Of a stretch of DNA of 64,000 bases, positions 42,218 through 51,948 are shown piece by piece. The notes under the pieces were generated by a model. The model ran no database searches and was not told where the DNA came from. It saw only the letters and a list, made by a program, of their open reading frames with translations. This DNA is from an uncultured Bacilli bacterium (GTDB lineage Bacteria > Bacillota_I > Bacilli_A > ML615J-28 > CAG-313). Numbering within the stretch: the first letter of the stretch is position 1; each line of letters opens with the position of its first letter. A program made the translations under genes and the position numbers. The stretch lies in contig CALVCV010000001.1 in NCBI GenBank assembly GCA_944326155.1, positions 194,664-258,663 on the forward strand, in the 5' to 3' direction.

Positions 42218-45200
42218 TTATCTTGCAAAAACGCCATTATTCCAAATTCTACTTGCAGGATATGTTCCATCCCATTGTTCCCAAGTAGTTGTACCAGGAA
42301 TAACACTATGCAATGTAATTGATCTTGTTTCGCCATTTAACTCAACTGTTAATACATATGACACGGTTGTAGTTTCTTCAGGTGCATTAATAACGCGTCC
42401 AGTATTATCAACAATATCAGGATTATTAGATAAGATAGAAATATTCGCTTCTGAATAATTCTTTTGAATCTCATATTGTAATTCTACCATTTCCATAAAC
42501 GTATCCCAATATGAACCAGCAATCATAGTTTGTGGACAATTTTTCCCACTCCAAGTATTATGCATCTTAACTCTTGTTGTGTCTAAATCATTTCTTAACA
42601 AGATATCAGCTACAAGTTGTGCTGTTCTTTGGAACGTATCATAAATATCTCCAGATAAATTAGAACACATTTCAATACCTATTGAATTGTTATTACCACC
42701 ACGTGAGCCAATTTGGTTATAACTAAACCATAATGGACCACCAATATAGTAATATCCATCAATAACATCCCAAACAGGTCCTAAAATTGTGAAATTTTCT
42801 GCAGTAGGAGCAGCACCATTAATTAAAGGAGCCTCAACTGTTGTTGTAACACCATTTACAGTTACATAATATTTAGAACCATTTTGAGCGATACCAAATG
42901 TAGGTGCTACTTTTTCAGTTGCAACAGCATTTGTTTTAACCCATTCAAATGTAGATGATGTGCCATCACCAGCATGGTATGCAATATATTTTTCAGGAAC
43001 AACGCCATATATTGCATCATTACCTACTGTGTAATGAATTGATGTTTCGCCACTAGACATACCAGAGGCAATTGAAACTACTGTACCAGTAAGAGTTGCT
43101 GTATCATGAACAGTAACAAATTCAATTGTATCTTGAGGTCTACGTTCTTTATGGTTATTTGGATTACTTTCTGTAGTTGCATAATATGTTTCATCAACTA
43201 CAAATTCATCAAATAAATACTTATTAACACTTCCATATGTAGGAACATAAACTCTTTCAGTACCATCATTATATAATGAGATATTACCAGTTTCTACTAC
43301 CGCGAAATTGCTATTTACAAGTAAAGCAAGTAATTTATCAATAGCAGTATCACCACTTATTGCACCAACCTTAATGCAAACTGTTATGTTAATATCAGTA
43401 CCCTCGATACTTACTTTTACAGTAGCTTCACCATTAGCAACAGCAGTTACAAGTCCTGTATCAGAAACAGTTAAAATATCAGTATCACTAGATTCATATT
43501 TAATTGTAGAACCTTCCATATCTTTTCCATGTGCAGTAGCAATAATTTGAAGTGTATCATCGATATTAATTGTACCATTATATTGTTCTTCAAATGTTAC
43601 ATCAATTGTGTTAAGTGAATATACAGTAATATCATGACTATATGATACTTTATTCAAGTAATCATAAATTGTGATTGTTGCTGTACCTTCATTAACTGCT
43701 GTAACTAAGCCAGTACTTGATACTGTAAGAATATCGGTATTATTTGAAGAATAGAATAAATCTTTAAAATAAGCATCTGCAGGTTCAACACTTGCTACAA
43801 TTTGGAAAGTTTGACCTTTAGTTAATTCATCACAAATCGCATCAACTTTTATACCTGTAACAGGATTTAATTCTTTCCATTTTGCAGTAAGTTTTAAATC
43901 ACCACTAATAGTTTCTAAACTTTCATATAAAATATCATTTTCATCGTACCAACCTAAGAATTCATATCCTAAGTTTCCAGGAACAATAAGAGGTGTACTA
44001 TATCTTGAAGGAACAACTAATGTATCACCAGCAGGTACTTCATTGAAAAAGTACACTGTTGCTGGATTATCAGCTGATATATCTTCAATTGGAATGTCAA
44101 AAGCAACCATTTGTCCTACAGCTATTTTACTAATAGCGCTCGAAACACTACCATAACTACCGTATGAACTTGAAATTGTAATTACATATTCAGCACCTTC
44201 TGCCCAACTAGATGGACCAGAATTAAGTACAGAAAGTACTTCATAAATACCAGTTTCTATATTCTTTGCAATATAGATACGATCAGAGAATGTTGCTAAT
44301 GGATCATATTGATTTGTACCAATAAATATGTCACTAGTATATCTTCCTCCCCAGAAAGTACCATTATTATAATTGTAATTATTAACTGACAATTGTGTAG
44401 TAGCACTAGTACCATTTGCAACTAATAATTCTTCTGAATATCCACCATTAAAATCATAAGTTACATCATATATTTCACCTTCAAGTACTTCCCATTCAGC
44501 TACTAATATAATATTACCTTTAGATGTAGCAGGAATTTCTGCAACATAATCACCATTTAATGCCCAACCTAAGAATACAAAATTCAATCTTGTTGGTGTA
44601 GGTAATGCAATTGGTTCTGTATTGTAACTATTATAAGCTGTTGGATAAGTACCTTTTAAAGTACCACCATTTAATTCATAAGTAATCGTATAGAATTCAA
44701 GAGGTGTAGCTTCTTCAGTAGTTGGTGCAGTACTTAATGTAGTACCATAAGTCTTAAGGTGTTTAAATAATGCTGCATGAACACTTAAATCAGTTATTAC
44801 TTGTCCATCATTATCTTCATAATAGTTAGCACCAAATTCTGCTAAATGTGGATTAGTTGTTTCAGTATCAGAACCACTATAACTACCAAAGTAATGAGTA
44901 GCAGGAAGACCTAAAAATTGATTATTTTCAACTTTACAACTCCAAATAGAAGCTGTAGCACCATTATTACGTAAGTATAGATAATTGTAGCAATCGTCAA
45001 ATACATTATCAGTAATTTCCCATGCTGTCTTTTGTTCTTGATATACATGAGCTGCGATAGCACCATTGTATGGAGCTGCACTAGGATCAGAATTACCAAG
45101 TTGCTTAAATGTATTATTTGTTACATAAACAGTTGTACTTGTTCCTGCAGGACCAGATAGTGCATATAAGAAAATTGCATTATAGCCATTATCAGCAACA

Positions 45201-48200
45201 GTTTGTTCAAAATGATTGTTTGTGAATGAAATCAAGCCTTGATTATATCCACCCTCTGCTCTAATTGCGTCACGATCAAAATCAACAAATGTATTTCCTT
45301 CAACTGAAATATTAACAATTCTATTTACTAAAATATTAACATCACTAACATTTGTAAATTTATTATTTGCAAAATAGAAATCATTTGTAGAACCACCATT
45401 AGGTAAATTAAAATCAATAAATCCTTTCATTTGATAACGATTAATTACCCAAGGAGTTGTAGATTCAGTTGTATCATAAACTAAATTATTAATAAATGCA
45501 AAATTATAATAATTAGCACTTTCATTAGCCACAATTCTAGCATCACCAGTAAATGATAATCCATCAATTGTTAAATTAGTTGCTTCATTTGGAAGAGTAA
45601 TAACACCTGTTAAAACTGCTTCCTCTTCTCTTAAATCAGAATTAGCATCAACACCAGCGTTAGGTCCAGCAATTGTAATATTAGCTAATGAAATTGTAAC
45701 ATCTTCATCATATGTACCAACTAATAAAATAATCTTAGTGCCATCTTCAGCATCTGCTAAAGCTGCTGCTAATGTTGGATAATAATAATCTTCTCCTACA
45801 CCTACATATAATGCATCTTCACGCCATCTTGCTGTGAGAGTTACATCTGCACTTGTACCAGCTACAATTGCTTCAACTTTTTGATCATCTAGATACCAAC
45901 CAACAAATATTAAATCACCATTTGTAGGAACTGGAAGTCTATCTAAACCTAATGCATTATCATACATAGTTGGAGCATCTGATGGTAAATTTCCACCATT
46001 CAATACATATTTAATTGCATATGTTTCAGCTTCATCATCAATATATGCTGGAACATCTTCTTCATTTTCATAGTATGTTTCCCAACCATCTGTACCTATA
46101 AATTTTCCTTCAACAGGAGTAACATCATAATAGTTATTAGAACCATCAACTGTAAATGAGTTGTCATTCTTAATATAATATGTAGCAAGGCAGTTTAATA
46201 ATTTATTATAGTTAATATGAACATCGAAGTTATCAGCAATAGCATTAGAATTAGCATTCATTCTAACTAACATATATGAATCATTAACTGTATTATATTG
46301 GAATTCAAGAACTACTTTATCATCTTCACCACCATTATAAGTAGCAAGTGTGATAGCAGCATGGCTTCCTGGAGTTTGACCGCAATCAACAAATGTATTA
46401 TTCTTGATTTCATATGTACCACCAGCATAAGATAACAACCAAATTACGTATTGAGAGTATTTTTCAAAATAGTTATTAACAATCTTAACATCACCTTTTA
46501 CACCAAATGCTGCTTTGTTATCAATCTTAATACCATCATTGTAATTTGTTCCACTACCAACGAATGAACAATCTTTGATAGTTAAGTTAACGATTTGCAT
46601 ACCATATAAAATCATTGGTCTACCAGTTGAACCTTCATACTTAATATTTGATAATTCTAAATTTTCAAATAAGGCATTTGTATTACCAGTTTCTGGTACA
46701 AAATAAATTGGAGCAGTAGCACTGTCAGTAGCAGTTGCGTTAACTGTTGATGCATAACTGTAAATATTTGTTAATTTTGTATTGCTAACACCAGTAGGTG
46801 AACCACAAATACGTCCTTTTTCAGTTAATGCAATACCATCAATTACTACATTGTTTGCAGCAATAACAACATCGCTTGTAAAAATTGTTTCTTCTAATCT
46901 ACTTTGTTCAACAGGATTAATTCCCCAATTAGCACCTTTAATAGTTACTTCTTTAGAAATAGTAAATCCTTGATATGTTCCTGCAACAATTAAAATTTCA
47001 TCACCATCGTTTGCAGCTTCCAATGCAGCTTCAATTGTAGCATAAGCTTCAGGATCATTAGAATCAACAACTAATTCTTTTGGTTCAGCGCCAACTTCCT
47101 TCCATTCAGCAACAAGTGTAATATCACCTCTTTGATCGGGACCAATTTCAGTAACAACTTCACCATCTAATAACCAACCTACAAATTCAAATCCTTCTTT
47201 AGTTGGAACTGGAAGTGTAGTTGTTTGGTTAATTGCATATTCAGTAGGTAAATTATCGCATTCACCACCATCTAATTCAAAAGTAATTGCATATGTAGCT
47301 TGCTCCCATTTTGCATAATATTTACCTGCGCCTACAACAGTAGTTACAGCTTCACCTGCAAAAGTTTCATCAAGATACCAGCCAGCAAATACATAACCAT
47401 CTTTTGTTGGAGTTGGTAATATTTCACCTACTGCCATTTCTTGAGTAGTTAAACCTTCGGCATTTACAAACTCAACTTCTACTTTTTCAATTTCCCAACC
47501 AGCATATAATCTAACATTGCCAACTGTATCAGCACTAATTTCAGTTATAACTTGTGTACATTCAGGATCTAAGAACCAACCCTTAAATACATAACCATTC
47601 TTTGTAGCTGTAGCAGTTAATGTTAAAACTGTACCTGCAACATATTCAACTGGAGCATCAACTGAAAGTGTACCACCATCTAATTCATAACTAATAGCAT
47701 ATTTTACATCTTCATCAATATTTAAGTACTTAGCATATAAAGTTAAGTCACCCATTGTACCAGTAGGTACTTCAAACCATACATCACCAGTAAATTCAGC
47801 ATTTTGATACCAACCTACAAATTTCTTACCTTCAGCTGGAACTGGAGTTGGAAGTACAAATGGTAATGTTTCTAATGTATAAGTAGAAGTAACAGGCTTT
47901 TCTTCATAAACAGCTTCTGGTGCAAAGTCTAAAACTTTATTTACAACTGCTTCATCAGCAAAGTTTGCAGTCTCCCAATATTGATTACCAGCACGATATT
48001 GCATTTTTTGAACAAAGCCTTTAAATGCATAATAGAATGCATAATTATCATCAGCAACCTCAACATACGTTGGATCTTTATACTTAGTTAAAATTCTATT
48101 ATATTCACCAACAGTATTGACATCTAACAAGTATTCTAAGAACCAAGCATATTTTTCATACATCTTGACACCATTAACAGTTGATAAATAGAATGTACCA

Positions 48201-51200
48201 AAGTTAAGATCAGCTGCAGAAGGCCATGCTGAAGTACCTAATTCACTAGGTTCAGTATATGTTACACCGTCAAATGCTGAATAATCTTTTAATAGATCTT
48301 CAACAATTTGTTCAACAGTATCATAACCGCTTACTCTAACAGTTTCAACAGGAAGTTCACCATCTCCTACTTCATAAGTAATGGTATAAGTAACTGCTTC
48401 CCAACAAGCATATACAATCTTATCGCCTTTATCGCTAGCAGTAAATTCACTAACAGCTTGTGTACATTCAGGATCTAAGAACCAACCAACAAAAGTATAG
48501 CCAGGTTTTGTTGCGCCCATAAGAACTACACCAGTTTCTTCAACATATGAAGTAGGTGCACCTTCCTCTAATGTACCACCATCTAATTCATAATTAATAT
48601 TATAAGTATCATAATTAATTACTGAATCTGACCATCTAGCATATAATTTTATATTACCAATATTTTCAATAGTCAATTGCTCAATCTTGCCATTTTTAAG
48701 ATCAGGATTTGTATACCAACCAACAAATGTAGCCCCTTCTTTATTAGGTGTTGCAATTTCTAGAGGTAATTCTAAAACAGTATAACTATATTTTGCTTCA
48801 ATACCTACTTGAATATCTTTAGTAGGACATGCAGCCCATAAAGCATCACCATCAACATCTGAAAAATTCATTGATAATGGTGAAATTTTAGTTAAAAGTG
48901 TTTGTTGCAATAATGATGCAAAATTACTTCTTGCATACTTATTGAAATTAGCAGCACCAGCATTTAAAGTTAAATAAGCTTTGCCAGCATAATCAACTTC
49001 TTGTGCTTTATCATTAATGAAATCTAGTAACCAATTCCATTTAGCTGCCATTTCTTCATTTTTAAAGAATCCATATAAACCATATTGATTTGATTTACCA
49101 TAGAATGATTCTGCTGTAACACCAGTTAAGCCAGTGAAACTTGCATAATCATTTACAAATGCAGCAACTAAATCATCAAATGTGTCATATAATGGAGCAA
49201 CACTTGCAGTTAAAAATTGACCGCCATTAGTTTCATATTCAATTGTATAAGTTTCTAATTCCCAAGATGCATATAATGTAACTACTGTATCATCGGCTAA
49301 TCCACTAGGAATACTAGTTACAGCTTTTGTACATTCTACATCTTCAAACCAACCTTTAAATAAATAACCTACTTTAGTTGGAGTTGGAAGAGTAGTTAAT
49401 CCATCTTTTGCAATAAATGTTAATGGATCACTTGCTGTAAGAACACCACCATCTAATTGATAATCTATTTCTAATTCTGCTTCTGGATTATACCATTTTG
49501 CTACAAGAACTAAATTACCAGTGGTACCTTGTGAAATTTTATTTACTTGTGTTCCGTCTAAGAACCATCCTATAAATTCACAACCAGCCTTAACTGGAAT
49601 TACTAATAATACTTCATCATTTACTGTATAAGTATCTTGAGGTTCAGCACCATTAGATAAATAATCCCAGAAACCATTTGCTAGTGCATCATCAGTATAG
49701 TCTTGGCTTGCAGGCCAACTTGAACGGAAATCTTCAAATAGGAATGCACCTAATGAATATCTCCAATATGATTCATTACCAGTTTCTAAATATTCTTTAT
49801 TTGCATCAGTAGCAGTTGCAAGAATGTAATCTTTTAACCATGCCCATTTAGCAGCATAATCTTCACTACTAAAGATACCATAAATTGCTGTAAATACATC
49901 GGCAAAACCAATTCCATCAGTAGTGCCTTTAACCATACAATTTGGTTTAGAAGTCTTACCATAGAATGCCATTGCATCATTTAAGAAATCATCAACCATT
50001 TCCTCACGACTGATATATGGATAAATATCAAATAATCCATCATTTAAATCATAAGTAATCGTATATTCAACTATTGCCCATTCAGCTACAAAAGTAAGAT
50101 CTCCAGTTGTGCCTTTAGTAATTGTTTCAACTAATTCACCATCTAACATCCAACCAACAAATTCATAACCAGTCTTATATAGAACAGAAGGTAAAACAAC
50201 TTCATCCTCCACTGTATAAGTAGTAGGAATATTAGGTTCTGGTAAATCAACTGTATATAACCAGAAATCATTTCCACCAACTTCAGGTGAATAATCACAT
50301 CCATATGCCGCATTTCCACCTTTTTCACCAGGTGCACAGGCATTTAAAAAATTATGAATTTCACCTCGTGCTTCAGCTTGTCCATCTGCTGCACTTAACA
50401 CTGCTTTGCCATTAGCTAAACGAGTATCATTAATGAAGTCTAATAACCAACCCCATTTTGCGCCATATTCAGTACTTACTAAGAAATTATAGCCAGCGCT
50501 TGAATTATCAGCCATCCAACTTCTTGCGAAGAAATCTGATCCATCAGCAGCAACAGTTTTACCACTATGTGCATTAAAATCTACAACAAAATCAGCAACC
50601 ATTGCAGCACGATCTTTATTGTAAGGCCATACAACACCTGTTAAATCTTGCCAAGCTCCACCTACTGTATCAAATGTAATATTATAAGTGATAACTTCCC
50701 ATTCAGCAACAAGTGTAACAGCACCTGTTGTACCACTAACAATCTCTTCAACCTTAGTACCATCTAATGTCCAACCTAGGAACTTATAGCCAAGTTTTGT
50801 AGGTTCAGCTAATTTTAATGGTAATTTGTTGATATCATATTGAGCAGGATTTTCATCTGCATTTTGACCACCATTAAGCTCATAAGTAATATCAAAAATT
50901 GATACTTCCCATTTAGCATATAATGTGATATCACCAGTTGAATTAGCAGCAATTTCTTCAATTGGATTACCTGTGAATTCAGGATTATCATACCAACCTA
51001 AGAAATTATATCCAAATTTGGTTGCGGCTTTAATTGCAATTGGAAGATTTAAAACATTATATCCAACAGGATTAGATGGATCATTTGTTCCACCATTAAG
51101 CTCATATTGAATCGCAAAATCAGCTTCTAATACTTCAATAACGAAAGTATAATCACGATATTGTGTTTCATCTAATTCATCAGTCGCACGTACAATAATA

Positions 51201-51724
51201 ACTGCAGTACCTTTTGCTACTCCTGTAATTACTCCATCTTCATCTACTGTTGCAATTTCAGGATTAGCAGACGTAAAACTCATTAAAGCATTTGCATATT
51301 CTGGAACAAACTTATATGTTAAAGTTTGTGTAGTACCTTTTAACATTGTAAGTTGTAATGGTTCAAATTCGACTTCTGGAAGCGAATTTGCCACTACTCT
51401 TACTGTTGCAATATCATATGCAACAGGATGTTCAGAACATACAACTTTAATTATCGTCTCCCCTGGTTGTAAACCTGTTAGTTTACCATCAGAGTAGGAT
51501 GCAATTTGATTGTCATATGATGTGTATTCAATAGTTACAACACCAACGTTTGACCCTTTGTTAACTATTGGGGAAACATCAATGGTTTGACCAACATTTA
51601 CTTCATATACGTCATTGTCAAATGTTAATCTTACATAATCATTATTGTTTGTACATGAGGCAATACCAAATAGTAGTCCCACAACAGTTAATAATAAGAA
51701 AAATCTTTTTCTAATGTTTAACAT
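42218..51724 (-). CDS. giant (3168 aa) cell-surface lipoprotein with a C-terminal split Amidase_2 (N-acetylmuramoyl-L-alanine amidase) module
   Basis: Domain order from N to C: signal peptide + lipobox LFGIASC, 2 Big_2 domains, ~14 Listeria-Bacteroides (Flg_new) repeats of which 4 carry inserted modules, 2 right-handed beta-helix modules, 2 Big_2 domains, then the amidase module. Amidase motifs VTVHDTA, SIHYTVGNDAIYGVV, AYHAG, NSIGIEM, SGKNCPQTM. Confidence 0.85.
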   Translation of the reverse strand: MLNIRKRFFLLLTVVGLLFGIASCTNNNDYVRLTFDNDVYEVNVGQTIDVSPIVNKGSNVGVVTIEYTSYDNQIASYSDGKLTGLQPGETIIKVVCSEHPVAYDIATVRVVANSLPEVEFEPLQLTMLKGTTQTLTYKFVPEYANALMSFTSANPEIATVDEDGVITGVAKGTAVIIVRATDELDETQYRDYTFVIEVLEADFAIQYELNGGTNDPSNPVGYNVLNLPIAIKAATKFGYNFLGWYDNPEFTGNPIEEIAANSTGDITLYAKWEVSIFDITYELNGGQNADENPAQYDINKLPLKLAEPTKLGYKFLGWTLDGTKVEEIVSGTTGAVTLVAEWEVITYNITFDTVGGAWQDLTGVVWPYNKDRAAMVADFVVDFNAHSGKTVAADGSDFFARSWMADNSSAGYNFLVSTEYGAKWGWLLDFINDTRLANGKAVLSAADGQAEARGEIHNFLNACAPGEKGGNAAYGCDYSPEVGGNDFWLYTVDLPEPNIPTTYTVEDEVVLPSVLYKTGYEFVGWMLDGELVETITKGTTGDLTFVAEWAIVEYTITYDLNDGLFDIYPYISREEMVDDFLNDAMAFYGKTSKPNCMVKGTTDGIGFADVFTAIYGIFSSEDYAAKWAWLKDYILATATDANKEYLETGNESYWRYSLGAFLFEDFRSSWPASQDYTDDALANGFWDYLSNGAEPQDTYTVNDEVLLVIPVKAGCEFIGWFLDGTQVNKISQGTTGNLVLVAKWYNPEAELEIDYQLDGGVLTASDPLTFIAKDGLTTLPTPTKVGYLFKGWFEDVECTKAVTSIPSGLADDTVVTLYASWELETYTIEYETNGGQFLTASVAPLYDTFDDLVAAFVNDYASFTGLTGVTAESFYGKSNQYGLYGFFKNEEMAAKWNWLLDFINDKAQEVDYAGKAYLTLNAGAANFNKYARSNFASLLQQTLLTKISPLSMNFSDVDGDALWAACPTKDIQVGIEAKYSYTVLELPLEIATPNKEGATFVGWYTNPDLKNGKIEQLTIENIGNIKLYARWSDSVINYDTYNINYELDGGTLEEGAPTSYVEETGVVLMGATKPGYTFVGWFLDPECTQAVSEFTASDKGDKIVYACWEAVTYTITYEVGDGELPVETVRVSGYDTVEQIVEDLLKDYSAFDGVTYTEPSELGTSAWPSAADLNFGTFYLSTVNGVKMYEKYAWFLEYLLDVNTVGEYNRILTKYKDPTYVEVADDNYAFYYAFKGFVQKMQYRAGNQYWETANFADEAVVNKVLDFAPEAVYEEKPVTSTYTLETLPFVLPTPVPAEGKKFVGWYQNAEFTGDVWFEVPTGTMGDLTLYAKYLNIDEDVKYAISYELDGGTLSVDAPVEYVAGTVLTLTATATKNGYVFKGWFLDPECTQVITEISADTVGNVRLYAGWEIEKVEVEFVNAEGLTTQEMAVGEILPTPTKDGYVFAGWYLDETFAGEAVTTVVGAGKYYAKWEQATYAITFELDGGECDNLPTEYAINQTTTLPVPTKEGFEFVGWLLDGEVVTEIGPDQRGDITLVAEWKEVGAEPKELVVDSNDPEAYATIEAALEAANDGDEILIVAGTYQGFTISKEVTIKGANWGINPVEQSRLEETIFTSDVVIAANNVVIDGIALTEKGRICGSPTGVSNTKLTNIYSYASTVNATATDSATAPIYFVPETGNTNALFENLELSNIKYEGSTGRPMILYGMQIVNLTIKDCSFVGSGTNYNDGIKIDNKAAFGVKGDVKIVNNYFEKYSQYVIWLLSYAGGTYEIKNNTFVDCGQTPGSHAAITLATYNGGEDDKVVLEFQYNTVNDSYMLVRMNANSNAIADNFDVHINYNKLLNCLATYYIKNDNSFTVDGSNNYYDVTPVEGKFIGTDGWETYYENEEDVPAYIDDEAETYAIKYVLNGGNLPSDAPTMYDNALGLDRLPVPTNGDLIFVGWYLDDQKVEAIVAGTSADVTLTARWREDALYVGVGEDYYYPTLAAALADAEDGTKIILLVGTYDEDVTISLANITIAGPNAGVDANSDLREEEAVLTGVITLPNEATNLTIDGLSFTGDARIVANESANYYNFAFINNLVYDTTESTTPWVINRYQMKGFIDFNLPNGGSTNDFYFANNKFTNVSDVNILVNRIVNISVEGNTFVDFDRDAIRAEGGYNQGLISFTNNHFEQTVADNGYNAIFLYALSGPAGTSTTVYVTNNTFKQLGNSDPSAAPYNGAIAAHVYQEQKTAWEITDNVFDDCYNYLYLRNNGATASIWSCKVENNQFLGLPATHYFGSYSGSDTETTNPHLAEFGANYYEDNDGQVITDLSVHAALFKHLKTYGTTLSTAPTTEEATPLEFYTITYELNGGTLKGTYPTAYNSYNTEPIALPTPTRLNFVFLGWALNGDYVAEIPATSKGNIILVAEWEVLEGEIYDVTYDFNGGYSEELLVANGTSATTQLSVNNYNYNNGTFWGGRYTSDIFIGTNQYDPLATFSDRIYIAKNIETGIYEVLSVLNSGPSSWAEGAEYVITISSSYGSYGSVSSAISKIAVGQMVAFDIPIEDISADNPATVYFFNEVPAGDTLVVPSRYSTPLIVPGNLGYEFLGWYDENDILYESLETISGDLKLTAKWKELNPVTGIKVDAICDELTKGQTFQIVASVEPADAYFKDLFYSSNNTDILTVSSTGLVTAVNEGTATITIYDYLNKVSYSHDITVYSLNTIDVTFEEQYNGTINIDDTLQIIATAHGKDMEGSTIKYESSDTDILTVSDTGLVTAVANGEATVKVSIEGTDINITVCIKVGAISGDTAIDKLLALLVNSNFAVVETGNISLYNDGTERVYVPTYGSVNKYLFDEFVVDETYYATTESNPNNHKERRPQDTIEFVTVHDTATLTGTVVSIASGMSSGETSIHYTVGNDAIYGVVPEKYIAYHAGDGTSSTFEWVKTNAVATEKVAPTFGIAQNGSKYYVTVNGVTTTVEAPLINGAAPTAENFTILGPVWDVIDGYYYIGGPLWFSYNQIGSRGGNNNSIGIEMCSNLSGDIYDTFQRTAQLVADILLRNDLDTTRVKMHNTWSGKNCPQTMIAGSYWDTFMEMVELQYEIQKNYSEANISILSNNPDIVDNTGRVINAPEETTTVSYVLTVELNGETRSITLHSVIPGTTTWEQWDGTYPASRIWNNGVFAR

Positions 51725-51756
51725 GTTATTCTCCTTTTCGCTTGAATTTACACTTT

Positions 51757-51785
51757 ATTATATCACTTTTTAAAAAAACACGCAA
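51757..51785 (-). promoter_or_regulatory. sigma-A promoter with extended -10 for giant lipoprotein gene
   Basis: minus-strand TTGCGT-17-TGaTATAAT, ~28 nt before AAGGAG RBS. Confidence 0.55.
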
Positions 51786-51871
51786 GCGTTTTCATATTTT
51801 AAATTGTTTTTTTTATATTTTTTTAAAATTTGACAATTTTTTAAAAATCTTGCTTTATTTTTTTTACATTA

Positions 51872-51915
51872 TTTTTATGTTTTTTTGGTCTATAAACATC
51901 AAAAAAACATAAAAA
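51872..51915. terminator. 15-bp perfect A/T-only inverted repeat between the two paralogous lipoprotein genes (weak terminator or operator-like palindrome)
   Basis: TTTTTATGTTTTTTTggtctataaacatcAAAAAAACATAAAAA. Confidence 0.35.
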
Positions 51916-51948
51916 TATAGCATAAATTTTTTATAAAATGTTTATTTT

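Noticed and set aside
42142-42336. 64-aa plus-frame ORF overlapping the 3' end and terminator region of the giant lipoprotein gene
   Set aside because: Antisense to a clearly coding region and spans a hairpin/terminator. No RBS. Typical spurious ORF in AT-rich DNA.
43308-51110. Several 60-80 aa ORFs (43308..43550, 44911..45099, 46782..46973, 50143..50343, 50925..51110) inside the giant gene
   Set aside because: All lie within or antisense to the 9.5-kb continuous reading frame. Low-complexity translations. No independent signals.
51830-51858. Plus-strand TTGACA hexamer in the intergenic region between the paralog genes
   Set aside because: No acceptable -10 hexamer follows at 16-18 nt (only ctttat). 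It would drive antisense transcription into the 760-aa gene. Likely fortuitous in AT-rich DNA.
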